NCBI GenBank assembly: GCA_044226625.1
Contig: JBGAGQ010000002.1
Location: 160,001-224,000, forward strand
Source: Thermoanaerobaculia bacterium
GTDB taxonomy: Bacteria > Acidobacteriota > Thermoanaerobaculia > Multivoradales > UBA5704
Length of the DNA: 64,000 nucleotides
Direction: 5' to 3'
The notes under the pieces were generated by a model. The model worked only from the letters and a program-made list of their open reading frames with translations. It did not search any database and had not been told where the DNA came from. Made by a program: the position numbers and the translations under genes. Numbering within the stretch: the first letter of the stretch is position 1; every line of letters starts with the position of its first letter. Below, one piece after another: positions 49,033 to 58,080 of the stretch.

Positions 49033-51643
49033 GGCGGTCCAGGTTGCGGAAACTGGTGGTCTCTCCCAAGAAGACCAGATCGACCGTACCGGTCTCGCCG
49101 TTCCGGTGCTTGGCGATGATCAGCTCGGCGAGCCCTTTCTTGTCCGGATCGTCCTGGTTGTAGACCTCGTCGCGGTAGACGAACGCGACCATGTCGGCGT
49201 CTTGCTCGATGGAGTTGTGAACGATTAGGTCCCCTGCCACGAACGACTCGACGCCCGGAACCGTCAGGTCGAAGACCTCACCTTCCCCGTCCCGCTCGAT
49301 GGTCGCCACTCGGTCCCAGTAAATGTCGCTCTCCGCCAGCGCGCGTAGCGCCTCCGAACCCACGGCGGCTGCGACTCGCAAGGCTCTCTCTCGACTTACA
49401 TTCTGACGATAGATCGTCATACCGGAATATGCGGTCTCGATCCGAGCGTGCATCTCACGATGGGTTATCCCAGCCTCCTTCATGCACGGAAGGACGAGCT
49501 TTTTCCAGATCGCCGAAGGGATCACATCGCGGTTCGTGTTCTCACGTTTTGAGCTGATCAGGTCGACCGTTTCGCGTAGCGATTCGGATTTGTAGCGACC
49601 GACGGCGCCCACGGCCTCCGCAAAGCGAAGCGTCATCGTTCGGCCCGAGATCTTGACGTGCCATTGATCGCGCCCTTTTCCCTTTTGGGAGAGACGATGG
49701 GTTTGGCTCTGGATGCCGAGTCGAAGGAGGAGCGCTTGGACGCCACGCGCGAGGTTCTCGCTCGAAGACGCGTAGTAGATCGCCGGGTAGGGCCGCCCGG
49801 CGACCCGAATGCATCCATCGGTCGCCCACAGGTGGCGCAAGAATTTTCCGATCGACTCCTTCGGCTGCTCGAACAGGCGCTCGGGAATCCTTTTCTGATG
49901 AGATCGCAAACCCCAGACGCCGAGGTGGTCGAGCCACTCCGAGACCGGGCTTCGTGTCCCGTGTGTGTGATGCCGTGTCGATGAGAGATCGACCTGGTAC
50001 CACGTCCGTTCCGATCGAATCCTCGGCTCGACCTCGGCGCCGAACAGCGCCCGACTGGCTTCAACGACGACCTCCGCGAGGTCGAGCTCACGGGTGGTGT
50101 ATTGAATCGCGTGCCTCGGCAGCGTACAGCCGTCGCCGATCAGATGCCCGAGGAGTGTGAGCTCCGGATCGGTCATTGACTTCTGGCCCCCGGAGGCAAC
50201 CGAACGAGGGGTCGCGACGTGCTCTCCGGTCTGCAATTCGTCCAGCCGTTTCCATCCTTCGATGGTCAGAAAACGGTGGTTCGCCGTGGCCCGTATCGAG
50301 CGCCCGTTGCCGGTTGTGAGGCGAAAGAGCGGCTTAAACCCCGTCGAGAAAGCTCGCGTCGTGAGTCCTTTAGAGAGCTTGCACGTCTCCTCGTCGATTC
50401 CCCAGACCGTGAAACCCTCCCGGCCGGCAAGCTCGGAGATCGGGACACGCTTTCCGGTATCGGCGACCGTCACGAGCGTCTCTCCCGAGAGACAGCCGGA
50501 TTCGCGAAGATCCGATAGTTGTGGCCGATGGTCGCTGCCGCGACGTTCCGGCTGGCGGGAGAGCTGAGAAAGCGCGATCACGGGGAGCTCGAGCTCTTTG
50601 GCGAGCTGCTTCATGCCCCGGCTGATCGCGGCGATCTCGAGGTTCCGGTTCTCGTACTTGCCGCCCGCTTGCATCAGCTGGAGGTAGTCGAGGATCACCA
50701 GGGCGAGGCCTTTTTCGGCTTTCAGGCGGCGCGACTTGGAGGCGATCTCCAGCAGGGTCGGGTTCGGCGAGTCGTCGATGTAGAGCGGCACGTCCGAGGT
50801 CGCGCGGACGACTTGATGGACGCGCGTCCACTGCTGGTGCGAGAGAGTGCCCGAACGGAGGCGCGAGAACGACACGTCCGCCTCCGAGCAGAGGATGCGG
50901 AGCGCGAGCTCCTGCTGGCTCATTTCGAGCGAGAAGATCCCGACCGTCCGGCGCTCCCGAATCGCCACGTGCTGCGCCATGTTGAGCGCGATACTGGTCT
51001 TGCCCATGCCGGGGCGCCCGGCGATGATGATCAGGTTCCCCTTGTTGAGGCCGTGGGTGATCCGGTCGAGGTCGGTGAACCCGGTCGGCACGCCGATCAG
51101 GGTCGATCCGGGGCGCTCCTCCAGGTCTTCGAGCGTGGCGTGGAAGACGTTCGAGAGCGCGACGAACCCGCGCTGGACCGCCTCCTCGCCCAGCCCCAGG
51201 ATCGCCTGCTCCGCCCGACCGAGCGCTTCGGCCGCCTCGACCCCGCCGTCCAGGCAGTCGCGGATGATCTTGCCCGACGCCTCGATCAGTCGACGGCGGA
51301 CCGAGCGCTCCTTGACGATCTCGACGTAGGCGTCGAGCCGCCCCAGGTCGGGCAGGTCGAGGTCGAGGTTCGCGAGATAGGCGATCCCGCCGGCCTTCTC
51401 GAACAGCGCCTGCTGCTCGAGCTTCGCCTGCACCGTCCGCAGGTCGATGCCGACGTGCGCCTCCTGGAGCTCGAGCATCGTCCGGTAGAGGATCTGATGC
51501 CGCTCGCCGTAGAAGTCCTCCGCGACGAGGCGCCCGGAGATCGTCGGCAGGAGCGCCGGGTCGAGCATCACCCCGGCGAGCACCGCCCGCTCGGACTCCT
51601 CGCTGTGCGGGAGCGACTTCTGAGGGCTTAAGGTTTCGAGCAT
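49004..51643 (-). CDS. dnaB: replicative DNA helicase DnaB containing an intein
   Basis: PHSEESE, GRPGMGKT, FSLEM, DYLQLM, LSQLSR, LRESG|intein|SIEQDAD, KHRNG. Confidence 0.96.
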   Translation of the reverse strand: MLETLSPQKSLPHSEESERAVLAGVMLDPALLPTISGRLVAEDFYGERHQILYRTMLELQEAHVGIDLRTVQAKLEQQALFEKAGGIAYLANLDLDLPDLGRLDAYVEIVKERSVRRRLIEASGKIIRDCLDGGVEAAEALGRAEQAILGLGEEAVQRGFVALSNVFHATLEDLEERPGSTLIGVPTGFTDLDRITHGLNKGNLIIIAGRPGMGKTSIALNMAQHVAIRERRTVGIFSLEMSQQELALRILCSEADVSFSRLRSGTLSHQQWTRVHQVVRATSDVPLYIDDSPNPTLLEIASKSRRLKAEKGLALVILDYLQLMQAGGKYENRNLEIAAISRGMKQLAKELELPVIALSQLSRQPERRGSDHRPQLSDLRESGCLSGETLVTVADTGKRVPISELAGREGFTVWGIDEETCKLSKGLTTRAFSTGFKPLFRLTTGNGRSIRATANHRFLTIEGWKRLDELQTGEHVATPRSVASGGQKSMTDPELTLLGHLIGDGCTLPRHAIQYTTRELDLAEVVVEASRALFGAEVEPRIRSERTWYQVDLSSTRHHTHGTRSPVSEWLDHLGVWGLRSHQKRIPERLFEQPKESIGKFLRHLWATDGCIRVAGRPYPAIYYASSSENLARGVQALLLRLGIQSQTHRLSQKGKGRDQWHVKISGRTMTLRFAEAVGAVGRYKSESLRETVDLISSKRENTNRDVIPSAIWKKLVLPCMKEAGITHREMHARIETAYSGMTIYRQNVSRERALRVAAAVGSEALRALAESDIYWDRVATIERDGEGEVFDLTVPGVESFVAGDLIVHNSIEQDADMVAFVYRDEVYNQDDPDKKGLAELIIAKHRNGETGTVDLVFLGETTSFRNLDRHGLDHSSPF
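49214..50494 (-). mobile_element. intein with LAGLIDADG homing endonuclease (427 aa)
   Basis: Starts CLSGET, block B ATANHRF, LLGHLIGDG and LRHLWATDG motifs, ends IVHN before Ser; codon usage differs from the extein. Confidence 0.95.
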
Positions 51644-51768
51644 CGAGGAGGGGGTCGGACCGGGAGAGGCGTGGCGGTCATTCTCCCGCAACGCACGGGG
51701 GAGCGGCAAGCGGCGATATCCTCCCGGGACCGGCTTCGCTCGCCGGGAACCTCCTCGACGACCGTTCG

Positions 51769-53379
51769 ATGACGCCGTCCCCCAAATCGCCCTGGCGCCC
51801 TCTGCGTTATCCGCTGCTGCGCTCGCTCTGGATCGCGAGCGTCGCCTCGAACGTGGGCACGTGGCTCCAGAGCGTCGGCGCGTCGTGGCTGATGACGACG
51901 CTCACGCCGTCGACCACCCAGGTCGCCCTGGTCCAGGTCGCGACCAGCTTGCCGATGTTCCTCCTGGCGCTCCCGGCGGGGGCGCTCGCCGACGTAATGG
52001 ACCGGCGTCGGCTCCTGGTCGCCACCCAGAGCTGGATGCTCGCTGCGGCGGCGGGGCTCGCGCTCACCACGGGGCTCGGCCTCGCCTCCCCCGGCTCGCT
52101 CCTCCTGTTCACCTTCCTGCTCGGGCTCGGCACGGCGTTCAACGGCCCCGCCTGGCAGGCGATCCTCCCCGAGCTGGTACCCCGCGAGGACCTACCGGAG
52201 GCGATCGTCCTGAACAGCGTCGGCTTCAACATCGCGCGAGCTGCCGGCCCGGCGCTCGGCGGCCTGATCGTCGCGGCCGCCGGACCGGAAGCCACATTCG
52301 CTTTGAACGCCGTCTCGTTCCTCGGCGTGCTCGTGGTGCTGGTTCGCTGGAAGCGACCGATCGAGCCGTCGATCCTGCCGACCGAACGCTTCTTCGGCGC
52401 CATGCAGACCGGGGCGCGCTACGTCCGGCACGCGCCCGAGCTGATCGCGGTCCTCTGGCGCGGCACCTCGTTCGTGTTCTGCGGCAGCGCGCTCTGGGCG
52501 CTCCTGCCGGTGGTCGCCCGGGTCGAGCTTCAACGCGGACCGGGCTCGTACGGATTACTCCTCGGGATGCTCGGCGTGGGGGCGGTCACCGCGGCGTTCG
52601 CCCTCCCCCATCTCAAGCGGAACAACTCGACCGACCTGGTGGTCATCGTCGCGACCCTGGTCTTCGCGGCCGGCATGGCGGCGCTCGCGTTCCTGAAGAG
52701 CTTCCCGCTCGTCCTCCTCGCGATGCTCCTCGCCGGCGGCGCCTGGCTCTCGGCGCTTTCGAGCCTGAACGTGGCGTTCCAAACCTCGTTGCCCGCCTGG
52801 GTCCGAGCGCGGGCGCTCTCGGTCTATCTCCTCACGTTCTATCTCGGCCTTTCGACAGGAAGCGCGCTCTGGGGCCTGCTCGCCGACCACTTCAGCCTCC
52901 GCGTCTCCCTGCTCGCAGCGTCCGGTGCGACCGTCGTGGCGCTCCTCTTCACCGCCCGGTTCCATCTCCGGTCCGGCGAGGGGTTGAACCTCTCCCCCTC
53001 CCGCCAATGGCCGGCGCCCATCGTCGCCCATGAGCCCGAGCCGGAGCGCGGGCCGGTGCTCGTCCACGTCGAATACGAGGTCGCCCTCGACCGGGCCGAG
53101 GAGTTCCGGGAGGCGATGCAGGAACTCCGCCGATCGCGCCTGCGCGACGGAGCCTATGAATGGGGGCTGTTCACCGACGCGGGAGACGCCACCCACCACG
53201 TCGAGCAATATGTCGTCGCCACCTGGATCGAGCACTTACGCCAGCACCAGCGCGAGACCGTCTCCGACCGCGAGCTCAAACGGAAGATCCGCACGTTCCA
53301 GCGGAACCCTGGCCCGCCCAAGGTGCGCTATCTGATCGCCGAGCGGCCGGGCGGAGAGCCGTTCCGGGAGGTGGGTTGA
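51769..53379 (+). CDS. MFS transporter (MFS_3/DUF894 type) with a soluble C-terminal domain
   Basis: About 12 TM segments, GALADVMDRRR motif, NIARAAGPALGG. Confidence 0.9.
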   Translation: MTPSPKSPWRPLRYPLLRSLWIASVASNVGTWLQSVGASWLMTTLTPSTTQVALVQVATSLPMFLLALPAGALADVMDRRRLLVATQSWMLAAAAGLALTTGLGLASPGSLLLFTFLLGLGTAFNGPAWQAILPELVPREDLPEAIVLNSVGFNIARAAGPALGGLIVAAAGPEATFALNAVSFLGVLVVLVRWKRPIEPSILPTERFFGAMQTGARYVRHAPELIAVLWRGTSFVFCGSALWALLPVVARVELQRGPGSYGLLLGMLGVGAVTAAFALPHLKRNNSTDLVVIVATLVFAAGMAALAFLKSFPLVLLAMLLAGGAWLSALSSLNVAFQTSLPAWVRARALSVYLLTFYLGLSTGSALWGLLADHFSLRVSLLAASGATVVALLFTARFHLRSGEGLNLSPSRQWPAPIVAHEPEPERGPVLVHVEYEVALDRAEEFREAMQELRRSRLRDGAYEWGLFTDAGDATHHVEQYVVATWIEHLRQHQRETVSDRELKRKIRTFQRNPGPPKVRYLIAERPGGEPFREVG

Positions 53380-53380
53380 G

Positions 53381-53632
53381 GCATTCGATTTCACGGCCGA
53401 GGAAATCGATTTCCTGTCCCCCGAATTCGTTCATCCGGTCCAGAAATTCGATTTTCTACGTCCCGAATTCGAGTTTCTCTCTCGCGAATTCGAATTTCTG
53501 TCTCCCGAATTCGAATTCCTAGGTCCCGAATTCGATTTCGCCGCCGAGGAATTCGATTTTCTGGCCTACGAATTCGATTTCGGCGATGGCGAATTCGAAT
53601 TTCTCCGCCGAAAAGTCGGATTCCGCCAAGCG
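53381..53632. repeat. 12 x 21-bp tandem array (core GAATTCGAWTTY plus 9 variable nt)
   Basis: Units start at 53381, 53402, 53423 ... 53612 with no indels. Confidence 0.9.
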
Positions 53633-53700
53633 ATCCCGCTGGAGAGTCGGCCACTGCACGAAACCCGTGCTACCCTCTGGGTTGAACCTGAGGAGCGAAC

Positions 53701-53937
53701 ATGAGGCGACTCAACGTGACCTTGGTCGTCGACGAAGACCTGCTGCGGGAAGCCAGGGCCGTCGCCGCGCGCCAGCACACCTCCATAAACGAAATGGTCC
53801 GTCAATACTTGAGGGAGGTCGTGAGCCAGGAAAACCAGCGCCGTGTCGCCTTCGAGCGCATCGAACATTTGATGGCGAATCCCAAGGTGCATCTCGGCGG
53901 TGCCCGCCCGTCGAGAGACGAGCTCCATGAACGCTAA
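53701..53937 (+). CDS. VapB-like antitoxin (ribbon-helix-helix)
   Basis: MRRLNVTLVVDEDLL...TSINEMVRQYL; overlaps the PIN gene; GAGGAG RBS. Confidence 0.8.
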   Translation: MRRLNVTLVVDEDLLREARAVAARQHTSINEMVRQYLREVVSQENQRRVAFERIEHLMANPKVHLGGARPSRDELHER

Positions 53938-54355
53938 CCTCACGGCATTCGTCGACACCAACGTGCTGGTCTATGCCGTAAGCGACGACGAACCCGAAAA
54001 GCAGCGCAGAGCCCGAGAGATCGTCTCTCGTGGATTTGCCGAGGGTTGTTACGCGATCAGCACTCAGGTGATGCTCGAGTTGTACGTCAACGTGACGAAG
54101 AAGGCCCGAATTGGACTCCCACCCGCGGAGGCGTTCGAATATGTCCGCGCGCTTTCTCAATGGCCGGTGATCGAGATGACCCCCGAGCTCGTCCTGGCGG
54201 CCCTCAGCCTCTCTGAGCGATCGATGATCTCGCCTTGGGATGCGGCGATTCTAGAAGCCGCGAGACAGGCCGGTTGTCCTCGGGTGCTCACCGAGGATCT
54301 CGCCGAAGGCCAGAGCTACGTCGGGGTCACGGTCGAAAATCCGTTCGCTGGATAG
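53927..54355 (+). CDS. vapC: PIN-domain VapC toxin
   Basis: FVDTNVLVYA, STQVMLE, WDAAI, TEDL, NPF. Confidence 0.88.
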   Translation: MNANLTAFVDTNVLVYAVSDDEPEKQRRAREIVSRGFAEGCYAISTQVMLELYVNVTKKARIGLPPAEAFEYVRALSQWPVIEMTPELVLAALSLSERSMISPWDAAILEAARQAGCPRVLTEDLAEGQSYVGVTVENPFAG

Positions 54356-54517
54356 GCAGAGGCCACGAGCTACAGTGCTCGGGGAGCCGAGCCGACCGTT
54401 CCCTTTCTCTGCCGGTCCAGGCCACCAAGAGCACCGTTAAAAGCAGGTCGCCCCCGGGATCCAGCACCTCCGGCAGCATGCGTTCCTCGGAGCGAGTCCC
54501 CATAGAATCGCTCGCCG

Positions 54518-55792
54518 ATGGAACCGACCCTCGCCAAATCCGCGCCCCCGACCGTCGGCATCGGTTGGCTGATCCGGCTTCGTTGGCTCGCCGCCGCGGC
54601 TCAGGTCCTCGGACTCGTACTGCTCGGCGCGAGCCCGAGCGATGCTTTATCCCCTCTCGCCTACGGCGTGCCCCTGGCCGTCGCGCTGACCAATCTACCC
54701 GCCCGCGGGGCCGCGGATCGGTTCGGTTTCGACCGCGTGGCGGCGTCGCTCCTCGCCCTCGACACGCTCTTGCTGACCGGTTTGCTCGCCGCGACGGGCG
54801 GGGCGCTGAACCCGTTTACGATCTTCTACCTCGTCGAGATCACCCTCTCCGCCCTCGTGCTCTCCCCTGCCGCCACCTGGTGGATCGCGCTCCTTTCGGC
54901 CGCCGGGTTCGGATCGCTCTTCTTCGCCGGCTCCGACTCGCCGCTCGCCCACATGCGCCTGACGATGGCCGATCACCTGAAAGGCATGTGGATCGCCTAC
55001 CTCTCGGCCGCGACTGCGACGACGGCGTTCGTCACGGCCCTGCGGGCGAACCTCGAGCGCCGCGAGCGCGAGCTCGCCGAGGTGCGCGCCCAGCGCGACC
55101 GGAACGAGCGTCTCGCCGCCCTCTCGACGCTTGTCGGCGGCGCCGCGCACGAGCTCGCGACGCCGCTCGCGACGATCGGGGTGATCGTGGGCGAGCTGCG
55201 GAGAGAGGGCGGCTCGGGCGTTCCCCCGCAGATCGCGGAGGACCTCGATACCGTCGCCGAGGAGCTGGTGCGATGCCGCGCGATCCTCGACGAGATGGCG
55301 GCCGGAGCGGGAGAAAGCCCGGGCGAGCGATCGTCGGAGGTCTCGGCCGCGGCTTTACTTACCTCGGCGATCGATCGGCTCGAGCCGGAACGGCGGCCCC
55401 GGGTGAGCGCGGACCTCCACGGTGGCGAAGAGCTTCTCCACGTGCCGCCGCGCGCCGTCGCCCGCGCCCTCGAGGGCCTGCTGCGCAACGCGTTCGAGGC
55501 CTCTCCGCCGAACGCCGGGGTGGTGGCCCGAATCGAGGTCGAGCCACCGGTCGTGCGCTTCGTCGTCGAAGATCGCGGCGGAGGCCTCGACGAGCGATCG
55601 CTTCGCCACGCCGGGGAGCCGTTTTTCACCACCAAAGGAGCCGGCAAGGGGCTGGGCCTCGGCCTGTTCGTGGCGCGTTCGCTCGCCGGTCAGCTCGGAG
55701 GCGACCTGACCCTCGCTCCGGCCACGGCCGTCGGTACGGGGGGCACGGTCGCCACGCTCACCCTGCCGCTCGCGAAAACCCAGGACCGATGA
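54518..55792 (+). CDS. regB: RegB/PrrB-like redox sensor histidine kinase
   Basis: TM region with GGALNPF (RegB quinone motif), AAHELATPL H-box, RCRAIL redox Cys, GLGLGLF. Confidence 0.8.
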   Translation: MEPTLAKSAPPTVGIGWLIRLRWLAAAAQVLGLVLLGASPSDALSPLAYGVPLAVALTNLPARGAADRFGFDRVAASLLALDTLLLTGLLAATGGALNPFTIFYLVEITLSALVLSPAATWWIALLSAAGFGSLFFAGSDSPLAHMRLTMADHLKGMWIAYLSAATATTAFVTALRANLERRERELAEVRAQRDRNERLAALSTLVGGAAHELATPLATIGVIVGELRREGGSGVPPQIAEDLDTVAEELVRCRAILDEMAAGAGESPGERSSEVSAAALLTSAIDRLEPERRPRVSADLHGGEELLHVPPRAVARALEGLLRNAFEASPPNAGVVARIEVEPPVVRFVVEDRGGGLDERSLRHAGEPFFTTKGAGKGLGLGLFVARSLAGQLGGDLTLAPATAVGTGGTVATLTLPLAKTQDR

Positions 55793-56355
55793 CCGAGATC
55801 CTCCCCGGCGACCTGCTGCTCGTCGAAGACGACGCCAACCTGCGCAAAGCGCTCGCCCGGGCGCTCGGCGGACGCGGCTTCACGGTCGCCGCGTTCGGGA
55901 CCGTTGCCGAAGCGACCGATCATCTCGCGGCGGTCGGCGCGAACGGCGAGGACGGCGCCGCGCCCCGGTTTGCCGTCCTCGATCTACGGCTGCCGGACGG
56001 CTCGGGGCTTGATCTCGTGCCTCTCCTCCTGGAGCGCTCTCCGGGGGCGCGCGCGGTGATCCTCACGGGTTGGGGCTCGATCGCGACTGCGCTTCGTGCG
56101 CTGCGCCTCGGCGCGGTCGATTTCCTCGCCAAGCCGGTCGACGTCTCGTCCCTCGTGCGCGCCCTGTTCGACGAGGCCCGCGACGAAGCGGACGAACGGG
56201 AAGACGCCATCCCGACCCTCGACCAGGTCGAATGGGAGCATCTGCAACGGGTGCTCGAGGAATCCGACGGCAATGTCTCGCTCGCGGCCCGCCGGCTCGG
56301 CCTCCACCGGCGCTCGCTGCAACGAAAGCTCTCGAAGCGGCCGACGACCTTCTGA
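55789..56355 (+). CDS. regA: RegA/PrrA-like response regulator
   Basis: LVEDD, LDLRL, LTGWGSIATA, VEWEHLQRVL, NVSLAARRLGLHRRSLQRKL. Confidence 0.88.
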   Translation: MTEILPGDLLLVEDDANLRKALARALGGRGFTVAAFGTVAEATDHLAAVGANGEDGAAPRFAVLDLRLPDGSGLDLVPLLLERSPGARAVILTGWGSIATALRALRLGAVDFLAKPVDVSSLVRALFDEARDEADEREDAIPTLDQVEWEHLQRVLEESDGNVSLAARRLGLHRRSLQRKLSKRPTTF

Positions 56356-56384
56356 ACCTCGCGGCGGCGCTCCCCCTCCCGACG

Positions 56385-56401
56385 TGCGACGATTTGCCGC
56401 A
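56385..56401. promoter_or_regulatory. RegA/RegR-type binding box
   Basis: TGCGAC-GATTT-GCCGCA matches GCGNC-N5-GNCGC; upstream of a -10 TACTCT at 56425-56430. Confidence 0.7.
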
Positions 56402-56439
56402 TCGCGGTATCGAAGCGGTCGAGCTACTCTCACCTCACC

Positions 56440-56997
56440 TTGTTCGCCGATCTCTCCCCAAGCTCACCCACCGCTCCTTCGAAGCCGTCCGATTCTTCTC
56501 ACTTCCTTCGGCTCGCCGGGTTCTATCTGTTCGCGGCCGTCCTCGGGCTCTCGGCCTGCGGTCGCTCCCCCGAGGAGGAGGTCGCCGCGGGGCGTGAGCT
56601 CTATCGAACTCGCGGTTGCGCGAGCTGCCATGGCGAAAACGGCCGCGGCGACGGCCCGGCTCGACCGTCTCTCCGTCGTCCGCCGCGGGACCTTCACCGG
56701 CCGGAATCTTTCACGCAAGGCCGCACGATCGCCGAGATCGCGAAGACCCTCGAAACCGGGATCCCCGAAGGGGGCATGCCCGCCGCTTCGTACCTGCCGG
56801 AAGACGAGCGCCGCGCTATCGCGATCTACATTCGTTCTCTCGGGTTGCGCCCGGGAGAATCTCTAAGGAGTGAGCTTTCATGGACCGTGTCCTCCGTGCT
56901 TTCGCAGCGCTCGCCCTCGCCGCTTTCGCCGCCCCGCTCTTCGCCCACCACACCGCGGAAAAGCCCGTCGTCGGGCAAGCCTGGGTGCGGGAAGTGA
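56440..56997 (+). CDS. mono-haem cytochrome c lipoprotein
   Basis: LSAC lipobox, CASCH, distal GGMP. The C-terminal ~40 codons overlap the next gene. Confidence 0.75.
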   Translation: MFADLSPSSPTAPSKPSDSSHFLRLAGFYLFAAVLGLSACGRSPEEEVAAGRELYRTRGCASCHGENGRGDGPARPSLRRPPRDLHRPESFTQGRTIAEIAKTLETGIPEGGMPAASYLPEDERRAIAIYIRSLGLRPGESLRSELSWTVSSVLSQRSPSPLSPPRSSPTTPRKSPSSGKPGCGK

Positions 56998-57344
56998 TCC
57001 CGGGCCAGGAGGCGACCGCCGCTTACCTGGTGATCGAGAGCCGCGATCATGAAGCCGACGCGCTGATCGGCGCGAGCTGCGACGCCGCCGGAACCGTCGA
57101 GATCCATACGATGAAAAACCAGGCGGGCATGATGGTGATGAAGAAGCTCGACCGCCTTCCCCTCGCGCCGGGAGGCAAGATCGTGCTCGCACCCGGGGGA
57201 AACCACCTCATGCTGTTCGGCCTCAAAAGAGATCTCCGCGCGGGCGATCACGTGCGTCTGAAGCTGACCTTCCAGGCGGCGGGAGAGGTCGAGGTCGACG
57301 CTTCGGTCAAGGCCCAGGAGCTCGAGAATCATGCCCACCGCTAG
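56880..57344 (+). CDS. copper chaperone PCu(A)C
   Basis: EIHTM...MMVM...PGGNHLML; signal peptide. Confidence 0.9.
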   Translation: MDRVLRAFAALALAAFAAPLFAHHTAEKPVVGQAWVREVIPGQEATAAYLVIESRDHEADALIGASCDAAGTVEIHTMKNQAGMMVMKKLDRLPLAPGGKIVLAPGGNHLMLFGLKRDLRAGDHVRLKLTFQAAGEVEVDASVKAQELENHAHR

Positions 57345-57972
57345 GGGCCGGCTGGCCGCCATCCTCATCCTCGCGGCGCTCCTCGGCGCCGGGGCTTCCT
57401 GTCGGCGCTCGCCCGCCGAGGATCCGGACCTAGTGGTCGAAAAATACGGTGGGGATTTCACTCTCACCGGCGACAACGGCCGGCCGCTTTCGCTGCATGA
57501 TTACCGAGGCCGGATCGTCCTCATGTTCTTCGGCTATACCGCCTGCCCGGACGTCTGCCCGACCACCCTCTCCCGGGTCGCGCGGGCCTATGCGCTTTTG
57601 GCGAAGGAGGGGATTCCACGGGACGAGATCCAAACCCTCTTCGTCACCGTCGATCCGGAGCGCGACACGCCCGACAAGATCCGAAAATACCTCACCTATT
57701 TCGGAGTGAACGCGGTTGGGGCGACCGGCTCCCAGGCCGACCTCGAGCGGGTGGCCAAGAGCTTTGGAGCGGCGTTCTGGCGCGAGGAGGCTCCGAGCTC
57801 CGCGGCCGGCTACCTGATGAGCCATACGTCTTCGATCTATCTGATCGACCGCCTCGGCCGGGTCCGCCATGCCTTCGACTTCGAGGACTCACCCGAGCGT
57901 ATCGCCGAGCTCGTCGCACGGCTCGCCAAAGAGGACTGCTGCCCAGCGACGCCCGCCGCCACGAAGCGATGA
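57331..57972 (+). CDS. SCO1/SenC family lipoprotein
   Basis: FFGYTACPDVCP, TVDPERDTP, conserved His in MSHTS. Confidence 0.92.
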   Translation: MPTARGRLAAILILAALLGAGASCRRSPAEDPDLVVEKYGGDFTLTGDNGRPLSLHDYRGRIVLMFFGYTACPDVCPTTLSRVARAYALLAKEGIPRDEIQTLFVTVDPERDTPDKIRKYLTYFGVNAVGATGSQADLERVAKSFGAAFWREEAPSSAAGYLMSHTSSIYLIDRLGRVRHAFDFEDSPERIAELVARLAKEDCCPATPAATKR

Positions 57973-58080
57973 GCGGCGGTTCATCCGACCGCCTCTCCGG
58001 CGCGTAGGAATGCTCGAAACGCGGGGGCCCGGCGTGGTGCCCGCGCGTTCCCTTCACCCGATTCGCCCCGGAGAAGACCG

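Noticed and set aside
53381-53632. CRISPR array
   Set aside because: The 12-nt degenerate core and 9-nt variable part are far too short, and no cas genes are present.
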